Shown here one piece after another: positions 37,300 to 50,185 of a stretch of 64,000 nt of DNA (position 1 is its first letter; each line of letters opens with the position of its first letter). The notes beneath the pieces are model-generated. The model did no database searches. It was not told the DNA's origin and saw nothing but the letters and a program-made list of their open reading frames with translations. The position numbers were made by a program, and so were the translations under genes. The DNA is from Mobula hypostoma. Taxonomy: Eukaryota. The stretch is from NCBI RefSeq assembly GCF_963921235.1, contig NC_086109.1, forward strand, positions 8,930,001 through 8,994,000, written 5' to 3'.

Positions 37300-40257
37300 T
37301 GTAGCAATGTGCTACACACAGCGCTAGAATAACCACACGGAGTCGGTGAGTTGGAGTTGCGATGAAAGAGGTTTATTCAAACTTCGCGGCCCGCTTTAAA
37401 GCCTTCCCGTTCCCGCCCTTTTTGCTGCCGGCCCTCTGCCTGCGCGCGCTGTTTCGTGAGCCGGTTCGTGGGTGTCAGAAAGTGGGTCACCACATAAGCC
37501 CCCCCCCCCCCCCCCCCAGAACCGGCGATACCTCCCCCAATGTCCACAGTCTGGATCGGCCTCTGTTTGGGAGGTCTGCCCCTGCGCCGTGGTGCCTGAG
37601 CCTGGACCGGTTGCGCCAAGTCCACGTGGGCCGGTTTGAGTCGGTCCACCATGAAAACCTCCTCTCTCCCCCCAATATCCAGCACGAACGTGGACCCGTT
37701 GTTGCTGATCACCTTAAACGGCCCCTCGTAGGGCCGCTGTAGCGGTGCCTGGTGTCCGCCCCGTCGTACAAAAAGAAACTTACAGTTCTGCAGGTCTTTG
37801 GGTACGCAGGTCGGGCTCTGTCCGTGCTGTGAAGTGGGTATGGGGGCCAGGTTACTGAGCCTCTCCCGTAGTCTGTCCAGGACTGCTGTGTTGGATGCGT
37901 CCACCGTGAGGGCAGTAGGAACGTCCGTTCTGGGGTGCACTAGCATCGCGGCGTTTGCCAAGGCTTATTTGGTTTTAATGAAAGCGGTTGCGGCCTCTTC
38001 GTTCCAGGTAATGTCCTTGCCCTTACCCGATATTAGAGTGAACAAGGGGCGCATGGTTCGGGCTGCTGAGGGGAGGAAACGGTGGTAGAAATTCACCATA
38101 CCCATGAATTCCTGCAAGCCTTTAATTGTGTTGGGTCGGGGGAAGTGGCGGACCGCGTCTACCTTGGCAGGTAGCGGGGTTGCCCCGTCTTTAGTAATCC
38201 TGTGGCCCAGGAAGTCGATGGTGTCGAGTCCGAACTGGCATTTGGCTGGATTGATTGTAAGGCCGAATTCACTCAGGCGGGAGTAGAGCTGGCGGAGGTG
38301 GGACAGATGCTCCTGCCGACTACTGCTGGCTATGAGGATGTTGTCCAAATAGATGAATGCAAAGTCCAGGTCGCGTCCCACCGCGTCCATTAGCCGCTGG
38401 AAAGTCTGTGCGGCGTTCTTTAGACCAAACGGCATTCGGAGGAATTTGAAAAGTCCGAACGGGGTGATAAGTGCTGTTTTGGGGATGTCGTCCGGATGTA
38501 CAGGGATTTGATGGTATCCCCGGACGAGGTCTACCTTGGAAAAGATCCTTGCACCGTGTAGGTTTGCTGCGAAGTCTTGAATGTGCGGCACAGGGTAGCG
38601 GTCTGGCGTTGTAGCCTCGTTCAGTCTGCGGTAGTCACCGCATGGTCTCCAGCCCCCCGTTGCCTTGGGCACCATGTGAAGGGGGGAGGCCCATGGGCTG
38701 TCGGACCGTCGTATGATCCCTAATTCCTCCATCTTCTTGAACTCCTCCTTCGCCAGTCGGAGCTTGTCCGGGGGAAGCCTTCGAGCACGGGCGTGGAGGG
38801 GTGGTCCCTGGGTCGGGATATGGTGCTGTACTCCGTGTCTGGGCATGGCTGCCGTGAACTGCGGTGTCAGTACCGATGGGAAATCCGCCAGGACCCTGGT
38901 GAATTCATCGTCGGACAGCGTGATGGAGTCCAGGTGTGGGGCTGGCAACTGTGCTTCACCCAGGGAGAACGTTTGAAAAGTCTTGGCGTGGACTAATCGC
39001 TTCCCTTGCAAGTCGACCAGCAGGCTGTGGGCTCGTAGAAAATCTGCCCCCGGCAGTGGTTGGGCCACGGCGGCCAGTGTGAAGTCCTACGTGAACCGGC
39101 TGGAGCTGAACTGTAGCCGCACCGTGCGGGTGCCGTAGGTTCGTATTGTGCTGCCATTAGCGGCCCTCAGGGTGGGTCCCGGTTCTCTGTTGCGGGTGTC
39201 ATAACTCGTTGGAGGTAAGACGCTGATCTCCGCTCTGGTGTCGACCAAAAAGCGGCGTCTCGACTGCTTGTCCCAGATGTACAGGAGGCTGTCCTGATGG
39301 CCAGCCGCCGTAGTGATCGGCAGCGGCTGGGCCTTGGCGTTTCCCGGGAATTTGCAGGGCGGTCTGCAGCGGCGGGCCTCCGTGCCCCACCACTGGTGGT
39401 AGAAACACCATTGTTCGTTGGGCTCCTCACTCCCGTCGCCAGGTTTTGTAGGCTCTGCTGCCGGGCCCGGTCTGGTCTGTCGTTGGGCACGCGGCTTGGT
39501 GATCTGTGCGACGGATGCCCCTCTCTCTTTCCTGGCATTCCACAGCACATCTGCTCGGGCCGCCACCTCCCGGGGGTTGCTGAAATCTGCGTCGGACAGC
39601 AGCAGGCATATGTCCTCGGGCAGTTGCTCTAGGAATGCCTGCTCAAACATGAGGCAGGGTTTGTGTCCTTCAGCCAGGGCCAGCATCTCGTTCATTAATG
39701 CTGACGGCGGCCTGTCTCCCAAGCCATCCAGGTGCATTAAGCGGCGTGCTCGTTCGCGCCGTGAGAGTCTGAAAGTCCTTATGAGCAGGGTTTTGAATGC
39801 TGTGTATTTGCCGTCCTCCGGGGGCGACTGTATAAACTCCTCAACTTGTGCAGCAGGCTCCTGGTCGAGGGAGCTCAGCACGTAGTAGTAGCGAGTGGAC
39901 TCCGAGGTTATCTGCCGAATGTGGAATTGTGCTTCTGCCTGTTCGAACCATAAATGGGGTCGCAGCGTCCAGAAGCCTGGCAGTTCTAACGAAACTGCGT
40001 GAACAGATGCAGCGTCGGTCATCTCTGGTCCAAATATCGTTTGGGCCGTCGGGGTCACCAATTGTAGCGATGTGCTACACAGAGCGCTAGAATAACCACA
40101 CGGAGTCGGTGAGTTGGAGTTGCGATGAAAGAGGTTTATTCAAACTTCGCGGCCCGCTTTAAAGCCTTCCCGTTCCCGCCCTTTTTGCTGCCGGCCCTCT
40201 GCCTGCACGCGCTGTTTCGTGAGCCGGTTCGTGGGTGTCAGAAAGTGGGTCGCCACA
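37300..40257 (-). mobile_element. Ty3/Gypsy LTR retrotransposon, internally deleted
   Basis: 195-bp LTRs at 37300-37494 and 40063-40257 (TG...CA, 4 differences). 4-bp TSD ATAC. PBS TGGTGACCCCGACG (40047-40060, tRNA-Trp-type). G-run PPT at 37499-37517. Confidence 0.97.
37495..40022 (-). pseudogene. Single-frame gag-pro-pol with two premature stops; RNase H and integrase core deleted
   Basis: Gag VSLELPGFW..LWFEQAEAQF and CFYH..C..PC; protease LVDTRA (G>R); [35 protein letters not shown] (D>N). Stops at 39087 and 37965 are in the same frame. LTVDASNTAV is joined directly to the post-integrase LDRLRER...PYEGPF segment. Confidence 0.9.
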
Positions 40258-43200
40258 ATACCACATTTCTACTTGTATTCAAATAATTTCTGCTAGAGTT
40301 TTTCTGCAACACCATGCAGATGCATTCTGATTGGCTGCATCACCGTCTGGTATGGGGGTGGGCTGGGGGGCTACTGCGCGGGCTCGAAAGAAACTGCGGA
40401 GAGTTGTAAAGTTAGGCAGTTCCATCATCAGCTCAAGCCTCCATAGTATCCAAGACATTTCAAGGAGCGGTGCCTCCGAAAGGCGGCATCCATCATTAAG
40501 GACCCCCACCACCCAGGACTCTTCTCACTGTTACCATCAGGAAGGAGGTACAGAAGGCACACACTCAGTGATTCAGGAACAGCTTCTTCCCCTCTGCCAT
40601 CCGATTCCTAAATGGCCATTGAACCCTTGAATACTACCTCACTACTTTTTTTATTTCTGTTTTTGCAGTACTTATTTTAATTTTACTACTTAATATACAT
40701 GTATACTTACTGTTACTCGTTTTTTTCTATATGTATCATGTATTACATTGTACTGCTGCTGCAAAGTTAACAAATTTCACGACATACGCCATTGATAGTA
40801 AACCTGATTGTAATTCTGAGATCTTTACCTCAACACCAGCGACTCTGCATATGGAAATCTTGAGCAACACACACACAAAATGCTGCGCGGGTTCCGTGGC
40901 ATCAATGGAGAGGAATAAACATTCGACGTTTCGGGCTGAGAGCCTTCACCAGGACTGAAGAGGAAGGGGGAAGAAGGTGGGGGAAGGGGAAGGCGGACAA
41001 GCTGGCCGGCGATAGGGGAAGGTGGGTGGATGGGGAAAGGAGTGTGATGTAAGAAGCTGGAAAGGGATAGGTGGAAATGCTAAAGGGCTGAAGAAGAAGA
41101 ATCTGATAGGAGAGGACAGCGGACCATGGAGGAAAGGGAAGGAGGAGCACCAGATGGAGCTGATGGGCAGGTAAAAAGAAGGGATAAAAATCAGAATGAG
41201 GTTTGGAAAAAGATGAAAGATGCGGAGAAATTATGAGAAATTAGAGAAATTGATGTTCATGCCATCGGATTGGAAGCACCCTAGACAGAATATGCCCTAG
41301 TGAAGGGTCTCGGCCTAAGTCGTCGACAGTTTATTTTCCAGTGATGCAGCCTTATCTGCTGAGTTGCTCCAGCATTTTGTGCGTGTTTATTCATATTTCA
41401 GACTAGATTTTCTCATTGCCATTGATCACATGTTATCCTCAGAATGGCGATATTTTTAAACTTAAAAGGACATTGATTTTAGGTAGTTAACCAGAATTTC
41501 CATATGGGAGGTGGGTAGGTACAAGCAGAAACCTTAATTTGCAAGGCTGTCAATAAGAAAAGAGTGGTGTATCTGATTAAATTACTAAGACCTGTTAAAG
41601 GCCAGTTTTCCCAAGTGTGTGTAAAAGCGTGCATAGAACTGTATGTTCAGCAGTGATTCCATCATCGGACTTCCCTTGAAAACCTGAAACAGGATCAGCA
41701 CTGAATTTTAAAGACAGCCATTTTGCATTGTGTGCTGGACGTGGTATTAATGTCTCCCTCCTGGTTCTATTCCTCCCTTCAACCATTAGCCACAGCTGTA
41801 ATTTTTAGTCTGCCATCAAAGTATAGCCAAGATTATCTAGTCTTGCTCTATTGTTCCCCACCCCACCCCCATCTTCTTAGTCTGGTTTCTGCCCTTCATT
41901 TCCAGTCCTGATGAAGAGTCTCAGCCCAAAACGTCAACCCTTTTACTCTCCTCCATAGATGCTGCCTGACCTGTTGAATTCCTCCAGCATTTTGTGTCTG
42001 TTGCTCTGTGTTTCCAGCTTCTGCAGAATCTCTTGAATTTAGTCTAAAATTTGTATAGTATTATAGAAAAACAATAGCAGGGCATGACTAGATAACTGAA
42101 GATTGAGTAAGTGTTTGGAACTCACTTGTCCCTTGCCTGTTCTCCACACAGGGTGGATCAGTGGATTCTCTGCTGTTGTTCTGTTTGCACAGTAAGGGAG
42201 GGGCTAGAAGCCACAACTGATGAATTATGAATTGCAAACGAACTCACAGGTGTAAGCTTATCATTTGATTGTTGCTAGAGTGCAGATTATCAACTAAGGA
42301 GTTCACCCCCTCTGCACCATGGACTTCCCTTCTCGATTTCCATCATAGTAGAAGTAAGATGCAACATTGTTTTGTAAAACAGTCGAGGGTAGTCTGAGAT
42401 TGAAAGGCTCTGCATAAATGCTAGCCCTTTATTTTCAAATCCAATCTCCATGATGTATTGGTCACTTACTAGTAAGGTACTTGCATAATTTATTTGATTT
42501 AGAGATACAGCATGGTAACAGGCCCTTCGCCCCTGTGACCAATTAACCTACTGACCTGTACATCTTTGGGAGGAGACAGGAGCACCCAGAGGAAACCCAT
42601 GCAGTCACATGGAGATTGTACATACACCTTACAGGGAGCGACGGGAATTGAAAGCTACACACACAGTGCTGGAGGAACCCAGCAGGCCAGGCAGCATCTG
42701 TGTTAAAGGGTAAGCAGTTGACGTTTCAGGCTGTGACCCTGCATCATGTTTCTGCAAAGGAAAGGGAGGTCAGACTAAGAAGGTGGGGGGAGGGGAGGAA
42801 GAAGTACAAGGTGGCAGGTGATAGGTGAAACTGGGGGAGGGGTGACGTAAAGAGCTGGGAAGCTGATTGATGAAAGAGATAAGGGGCTGGAGAAGGGGGA
42901 ATCTGCTCGGAGAGGACAGAAGACCATGGAAGAAAGGGAAGGGAGAGGAGCACCAGAGGGAGGTGATGGGTAGGTAAGGAGATAAGGTGAGAGAGGGGAA
43001 TGGGAATGGAGAAGGGGGGAGCATTTGCTGGAAGTTAAATCAATGTTAATGCCATCATGTTGGAGACTACCCAAAAGTGAACCCAGATTGTTGGCGCTGT
43101 AATAGTGTTACATGAAGGGCTTCATATTATCAGACAAATTTTGACCCTGCTGGAGATGTTAGAGCAGATGACCAAAGGCCCGGTCAACAAAGTTGTTTTA

Positions 43201-43694
43201 AGGAGCATCTTAGATGAGGAGGGGGAGGATGAGTGGTAGGCTGCTTTAAGGAGGGATTTCCTGAGCATGGCTCCAACAAAAGAGCAATTTAACGTGGGCG
43301 CTCAATAGCCTGTCCTAATAAAAGCATGTAGGTGCCACGACCAAGAAAGTTCACGAGCAACTCTACTTCCTCAGGAGGCTAAAGAAATTTAGCATGACCA
43401 TCGCCAATTTTTATTAATGCGCCACACAAGGCATCTTATCTGGATGCCTAACGGCTTGGTACGGCAAATGCTCTGCATGAGACTGCAAGAAACTGCAGAG
43501 AGTTGTGAACGCAGTTCAGCACATCACAGAAACCAGCCTCCCCTCCATGGATTCTGTCTACTCTTTTTGTTGCCTCAGTAAAGCAGCCAGCATAAAGTAC
43601 CAAACCAGCCTGGACATTCTCTCTTATTCCCCTATGCCCCCCATCAGGCAGAAGATACAAAAAATACCATCAGACTCAAGGACAGCTTCTGTCC

Positions 43695-43992
43695 TCCATC
43701 ATAGTAGAAGTAAGATGCAACATTGTTTTGTAAAACAGTCGAGGGTAGTCTGAGATTGAAAGGCTCTGCATAAATGCTAGCCCTTTATTTTCAAATCCAA
43801 TCTCCATGATGTATTGGTCACTTACTAGTAAGGTACTTGCATAATTTATTTGATTTAGAGATACAGCATGGTAACAGGCCCTTCGCCCCTGTGACCAATT
43901 AACCTACTGACCTGTACATCTTTGGGAGGAGACAGGAGCACCCAGAGGAAACCCATGCAGTCACATGGAGATTGTACATACACCTTACAGGG
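43695..43992 (+). repeat. Exact 298-bp direct copy of 42339-42636
   Basis: No mismatch found on base-by-base reading from TCCATCATAGTAG to CCTTACAGGG; offset 1356 bp. Confidence 0.9.
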
Positions 43993-44589
43993 TGTATGGT
44001 TTCTTAATATGATGAGATAGACCCTTGATCTCACATTCTACATTGTTATGATAAGAACGTAAGATATAAGCGCAAATTTAAGCCACTTGGCTCACCAAGT
44101 CTGATCTGCCATTTCATCATGGCTGATCTATTTCCCTCTCAGTGGCAATCTCCTGCCTTCCTCCCCTCATCCCTTCATGCCCTGACCAATCAAGGATCTA
44201 TCAACTCCTGGTTTAAATATACCCAAATGATTTGACCTCCACAGTTGCCTGTGGTAACAAATTCCACAGATTCACCACTCTCTGGCTAAAGAAATCCCTC
44301 CTCATCTCCGTTCTAAAGGGGTAGCACGGTAGTGTATTGGTTAGTACAATGCTCTACAGTACCAGCAATCCAGGCTCAATTCCCGCTGCTGTCTGTAAGG
44401 AACGGGAGTTTGTATGTTCTCCCTGTGACCTCGAGGGTTTCCTTCATGTGCTCTGGTTTCCTCCCACAGTCCAAAGACGTACTGGTTAGTAGTTCTTTGT
44501 AAATTGCCCTGTGATAAGGCCAAGGTGAAATCGGGGGTTGCTGGGTAACATGGCTCAAAGAGCCACAAGGGCCTATTCCACGCTGTACC

Positions 44590-44590
<1 letters not shown>

Positions 44591-44623
<33 letters not shown>
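44591..44623. repeat. (TAA)n microsatellite, SINE tail
   Basis: Direct observation at the 3' end of a V-SINE. Confidence 0.9.
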
Positions 44624-44625
<2 letters not shown>

Positions 44626-46379
44626 GGGGTCCCTCTATTCTGAGGCTGTGTTCTCTGGTCCTGGACTCCACCACCATAGGAAACATCCTCTCCACATCTG
44701 CTCTATCGAGGCCTTGAAACATTCGCTAGGTTTCGATGATATTCTCCCTTCATTCTTCGGAATTCCAGTGAGTACAGGCCCAGAGCCATCAAACGCTCCT
44801 CATATAATAAGCCTTTCAATTCTGTAATCATTTTTGTGAACTTACTTTGAACCCTCTTCAATGTCAGCACATCCTTTCTAAGAGAAGGGGCCCAAAACTA
44901 CTCTCAATTCTCGAAAGTAACGCCTCATCAGTGCCTTACAGAGCCTCAATCATCTTGTATCTTATTGCCTACCTACACTGCACTTTCCCTGCAGTTCTTA
45001 CACTTTATTCTGCACTTTGTTCTGGTTTTACCTTGTTCTACCTCAGCGCATTGTTGTGATGAACTGTTCTGTTCAAGTCAAGATTTTCGCTGTGTCTCGG
45101 TACATGTAACAATCATAAACCAATTTACAATGAAAAGAGCTGTCTCAGAAAATTACAGTGCTGGAGGAGATTGCACGGATAGAGGTGGGTGAGAACGTGG
45201 AGGAATTTTAAACATGCATGAAGAATTAAATATTTTAAGTGTGCGTACAGTAACCAGTGTAGGTCTGAAACCACAGAGTTATGCGTGAACAGGACTCTAA
45301 TTTAGGATGTCGGCTATTATGCTTGTATCACATCTCAGGGTGAACTATTCAGTTCAATATTTCAGAATCAGAATCAGTAAAGACCTCTACTGTCCAGGCC
45401 TTGCCCTATTCTCACTACAGCTTTCGGGTAGGATGTACAGAAGCCTTGGGTCCAATACCAGCAGGTTTAGGAACAGTTATTACCCTATAACCGTCAAGCT
45501 CCTAAACCAGCATTGATAACTTCTCTCACCAAAACACTGAATTCATTTTGTGACCTACGGTCTTACTTTCAAGTACTCTTTACAACTCTCGTTTTCAGTA
45601 TATTTTTTATTTGCAAAATTTGTCGTCTTTTGCAAATTAGTAGTTTGTCGCTCTTTGTTTATGGACAGTTTTTTTTGTAAATTCTACTATATTTCTTTAT
45701 TTTCTTGTGAATGCCTGGAATAAAATTAGGTTCAAGGTATCTGATAGTGTATACGTACTTTGATAACAAATTTACTTTGTCTTTGACTTTGAATTAGGAC
45801 ATTCAGCCCATCAATGGTACCTCATCTATGGTAGCACAGCAGGAATACCGGGTTAGTGGCCAAGATTATGTAATAACCTGAGAACATGGGCAAAAGACAG
45901 TGGGAGCTGCAAAATACAGAGGTGTACCCGGCAGGTCAGGCTGGGAATGTCCTCCACTCTCAGAAGGGGATAAAACAGTGAACAAGCTGAACCAATATTG
46001 CAGATGAACGGCTGATAGACGGAAATCAAGCCACGTGATACAGCACAGTAACAGCTCCTTCCAGCCAACGAACCGCGCCACCCAATTACACCCATGTGAC
46101 CAATTAATCTACCAACCCATATATATATATATCTCTGGAATGTGGGAGGAAACTGGAGCACCTCAGGAAAACCCATGTAGACATGAGGAGAACATACAAA
46201 CGCCTTACAGGGAGTGTTGGAAACTGAACCCCGGTCACTGGCAACTGTAATAACATTTAAGCGAACAACTACGCTACCGTGCTGCCGTTGTAGAATTCAG
46301 TATGAGGTCCAGAAAGCTACAATGTGCCCAGACCAGAGATGAGGTGCTATCCCTTAAGTCATAGACTGGGTAAATGCAA

Positions 46380-46413
46380 TCACAGGACATCTGCAGATGC
46401 TGGAGATCCAAGC

Positions 46414-46454
<41 letters not shown>

Positions 46455-47168
46455 TTGGAGGAACTCAGCAGGCCAGGCAGCATCTATGGAAAAGAGTACA
46501 TTTGACGTTTTGGGCCGAGACCCTTTGGCAGGACTGGAGAAAAAAAGATGAGGAGTCAGAGTTAGAAGCTGGGGGGGAGAGAATGGAGAAACACAAGGTG
46601 ATAGGTGAAACTGGGAGGGGAGAGGGGGAGGGCGAAGTAAAGAGCTGGGAAGATGATTGGTGAAAGAGATACAGGGCTGGAAAAGGAGAAATCTGATAGG
46701 AGAGGACAGAAGGCCATGGATGAAAGAAAAAGGGGGAGGAGCACCAGAGGCAGGCAAGGAGATAAGTTGAGAGAAGGAAAAGGGGATGAGGAATAGAGAA
46801 GGAGGGGGAGGCATGACCGGATGTTCAAGGAATCGAGATTCATGCCATCAGGTTGGATGCTGCCCAGACGGAATGTAAGGTGCTCCTCCTCTGACCTGAG
46901 TGTGATCTCATCGCGACAGTAAAGGAGGCCATAGATGGTCATGTATTGGGAATAGGAAGTGGAATTATCCTGGGGAATCCCAGTTTTAGTTTCACCCAGT
47001 TTCACCTATCATTTTGTGTTTCTTCCTCCCCTCCCCCACCTGACTCCGAATCCACATCTTTTTTTCTCCAGTCCTGCTGAACCGTCTCGGCCCGAAACGA
47101 AAACTGTACTCTTTTCCATAGATGCTGCCTAGCCTGCTGAGTTCCTCCAGCAGTATGTGTGTTTCGCT
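46380..47168 (-). mobile_element. Penelope-like element with inverted terminal-repeat copy
   Basis: GIY-YIG C-terminal remnant (GLLYCRDEITLRSEEEHLTFRLGSIQPDGMN); inverted arm at ~46990-47168; exact 13-bp TSD TGGGTAAATGCAA (46367-46379 / 47169-47181). Confidence 0.85.
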
Positions 47169-47204
47169 TGGGTAAATGCAAGCAGGCTTTTTCCACTGAG
47201 ATTG

Positions 47205-49101
47205 ATCAACCTCTGCCTTAAATATACATAAAGACTTGGCCTCCACAGTTGTCTGTGGGAAAGAATTTCACAGATTCACCACTCTCTGGCTAAAGAAATT
47301 CCTCCTCATCTCCATTCTAAAATGATGCCCATCTATTCTGAGGCTGTGTCCTCTGGTCTTAGACTCTCCCACCATATGAAACATCCTCTCCCCATCCACC
47401 CTCTCAAGGCCTTTCACCATTTGATAGGTTTCAATGAGGTCCCCCCTCATTCTTCAGAATTCCAGCAAATACAGGCCCCAAACCATCAAATGCTTTTCAT
47501 ATGACAAGCCATTCAATCCTGGAATAATTTTCGTGAACCTCCTTTGAACCCTTTCCAGTTTCAGTATCTTTTCTAAGATAAGGGGCCCAGAACCGTTCAC
47601 AATACTCCAAGTGAGGCCTTAACAATACTTTATAAAGTCTGTTACGTACCCCATAACTGGGTTGCCAAACCAGCAGAAATGGATCACTCAGTTGGAGTCT
47701 GGATTACTAGAACTAAGAAAGTTTTATTAAAGAAACAAGCAACACAGTAATCGAAAGGATAATAAATGCAACAGTTTTCAGCAATGATAAACACACATGT
47801 GCACAGAATTAAGATAACAGCATCAATCAAGCTCTATCGTTGTCGGGGTAAATGACCAATTTCAAAGTGACACAAAAGTCTAGTTCAATTTAGTTCAGTT
47901 CGCAGTAATCGTTGCCATGGCGATGGACAACGTGGGGGTGGGGGAGAGAGAGAGAGAACGGGAACGACTGATCATTCGGAACGGCTTCCACTCACAGACC
48001 GGCGATATTGCTCACAAGCAGCTTTCGGGCAGGTCCTTTGTGATGTCACCTGAGGTCACCGACTGTGACCCCTCCTCCAGATGCGGTCGATCCTCTGCAG
48101 TGAGCCCGGCACCCAAGCGAGGGTGGACACACACCGGGTTCCCGCTGATCGTACCTTTCCACCCTGTGCGTTTAAGGTCCGGTACTTGCCACCGACTCGT
48201 GAGAGGCGCACCGTTTCCAGGGTCTCGTTACCTCGGGTGTCGTGTGTGCTGCCTTAGCGAACCTGTCCCTTTTTATCCCCCTGCTGGGGTATCGCCTGTC
48301 CATCACTTCAAACAGTTCAGGGTTCAAAGGGGGAGCCGCTCCAGACAGCTCTCTCTCCCGTCCCTTCATTACACATCTCCAGATGCTGCTTCATTGTTCC
48401 TTATCTCTCCTTCCCCTGAGGACAGGTGACAGACCAACTGCTGACGCCACTGATGCTAGCCCAGGCCAGCAAACATCTTAATTTATGTGTATTCTTGTCA
48501 CAAGTCTCAACATTACATCCTTGATTTTATATTCTAGTCCTCTTGAAATGAATGCTAACATTGCATTTGCCTTCCTCACCACAGACTCAATCTGCAAATT
48601 AACCTTTAGGGAATCCTGCACAAGGACTCCCAAGTCCCTTTGCACCTCAACTTTTTGTATTTTCTGTCCATTTAGAAAATAGTCAACCCTTTCATTTCTT
48701 CAACCAAAGTGCATATATAACACTTCCTGACTACATTCCCTCTGCCATTTCTTTGCCTATTTTCCTAATCCAAGTCCTTCTGTAGTCTGTCTACCTGCCC
48801 CTCCATCTATCTTCATATCATCTGCAAACTTTGCAACAAAGCCATCGATTCCATCATCCAAATCACTGACATATAATGTAAAAAGAATCAGTCCCAACAC
48901 AGATCTCTGTGGAACACCACTAGTCACCATCAGCCAGCCAGAAAAGGCTCCCTTTATTCACACTCTTTGCCTCCTGCCAATCAGCCACTACTTTATCCAT
49001 GCTAGATTCTTTCCTGTAATTCCATGAACTCGTAGCTTGTTAAACTGCTACGAGTGTGGTACCTTGTTAGAGGCCTTTTGAAAATCCAAATACACAACAT
49101 C
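47205..49101 (-). mobile_element. CR1-type LINE RT/3' fragment (split by the solo LTR)
   Basis: Minus-strand DVVYLDFQKA.NKVPH at ~49100 and RGDLIETYQMVKGL..TRGHSLRI..RRNFFSQRVVNLW. Other CR1 tails lie at ~9190-9720, 24820-25180, 31275-31990, 35825-36170 and 44055-44930. Confidence 0.85.
47640..48502 (-). mobile_element. Solo LTR (863 bp) inserted in a CR1 LINE
   Basis: TGTTAC...GTCACA termini; 4-bp TSD AGTC; flanks rejoin as CR1 (tataaagtc-tcaacattac). Minus-strand GATAAAA (~48275) lies upstream of AATAAA (~47725). Confidence 0.85.
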
Positions 49102-49269
49102 AGCCAATAGTAAGAGAAGTTTGGACAAGTACATAGTTAGAAAGGGTGTGGAGGACTATGGTGCGGGTGTAGATCAGTGGAATGAGAGAATAATAGTTCA
49201 GCATGGGATAGAGGCTGAAGGGCCTGTTTCTGTGCTGTAGTGTTCTGTTACTGTGACTCTTCAAACTGC

Positions 49270-50185
49270 ATTCCTTTACCACTGGCTGAGTGCAGCCACA
49301 ATAACAACCACTTACTCAATGTCAGCAAGACCAAGGAGCTGGTTATTGACTTCAGGCAGAGGAAACCGGTCCATGAGCCAGTCCCGAATTGGGGTATCAG
49401 AGGTGGAAATGTTCAGCAATTTAAATACCTCGGAGTTATCATTTCAGAGGATCTCTCTCTTGGGGCCAGCATGTTAGTGCAGTTTTGAAGAAAGCACAGT
49501 AGTGCCGTTACTTCCTTAGGAGTTTGCAAAGATTGAGCATGACAGCTAAAACTTTGACAAACTTCTGTGGATGTGTAGTGGAGAGTGTATTGACTGGCTG
49601 CATCACCCTTGAGTGGAAAAATCCTGCAAAAAGTAGTGGATGCGGCCCAGTCTATCACGGGTAAAATCCTCCCCTCTATTGAGCGTATGTACACAAAACA
49701 TCGTCGCAGGAAAGCAGCATCCATGATCAGCGACCCCCACCACCCAGATCATGGTCTCTTCTCGCTGCCGTCATTAGGAAGAAGGTACAGGAGCCTCAGG
49801 ACTCACACCACCTGGTTCAGGAACAGTTACTACCCCTCAACCATCAGCCTTTTGAATCAGAGGGGATAACTTCACTTGTCCCATCACTGAACTGTTCCCA
49901 CGACCTATGGACTCACTTTCGAGGACTCTTCATTTCATGTTATCAATATTTATTGCTTGCTTGCTTGCTTGTTTGTTTCACTGGCTGTCTACCAGGCTAT
50001 TCTTTTTTCTCTTTTTTTATTTGCACAGATTGTTGTATTTTGCACACTGATTGTCCGCCTTGATGGTGCAGCCTTTCATTGATTATATTGTGGTTATTGA
50101 ATTTATTAAATATTCCCACAAGAAAATGAACCTCAGGGTTGGATATGGTAACATACATATATATACACTTTACTTTGAACTTTTA
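49270..50185 (+). mobile_element. Decayed Rex1/Babar-like LINE 3' portion
   Basis: Frameshifted RT C-terminus (LNVSKTKELVIDFR, FKYLGVIISEDLS, LQKVVDAAQSITG) and a 3' UTR ending tactttgaact. Many shorter copies lie across the window (e.g. 23310-23900 minus, 40310-40815 plus). Confidence 0.75.

Noticed and set aside
47917..48429. 170-aa ORF
   Set aside because: Lies inside a solo LTR and has no recognisable domain.
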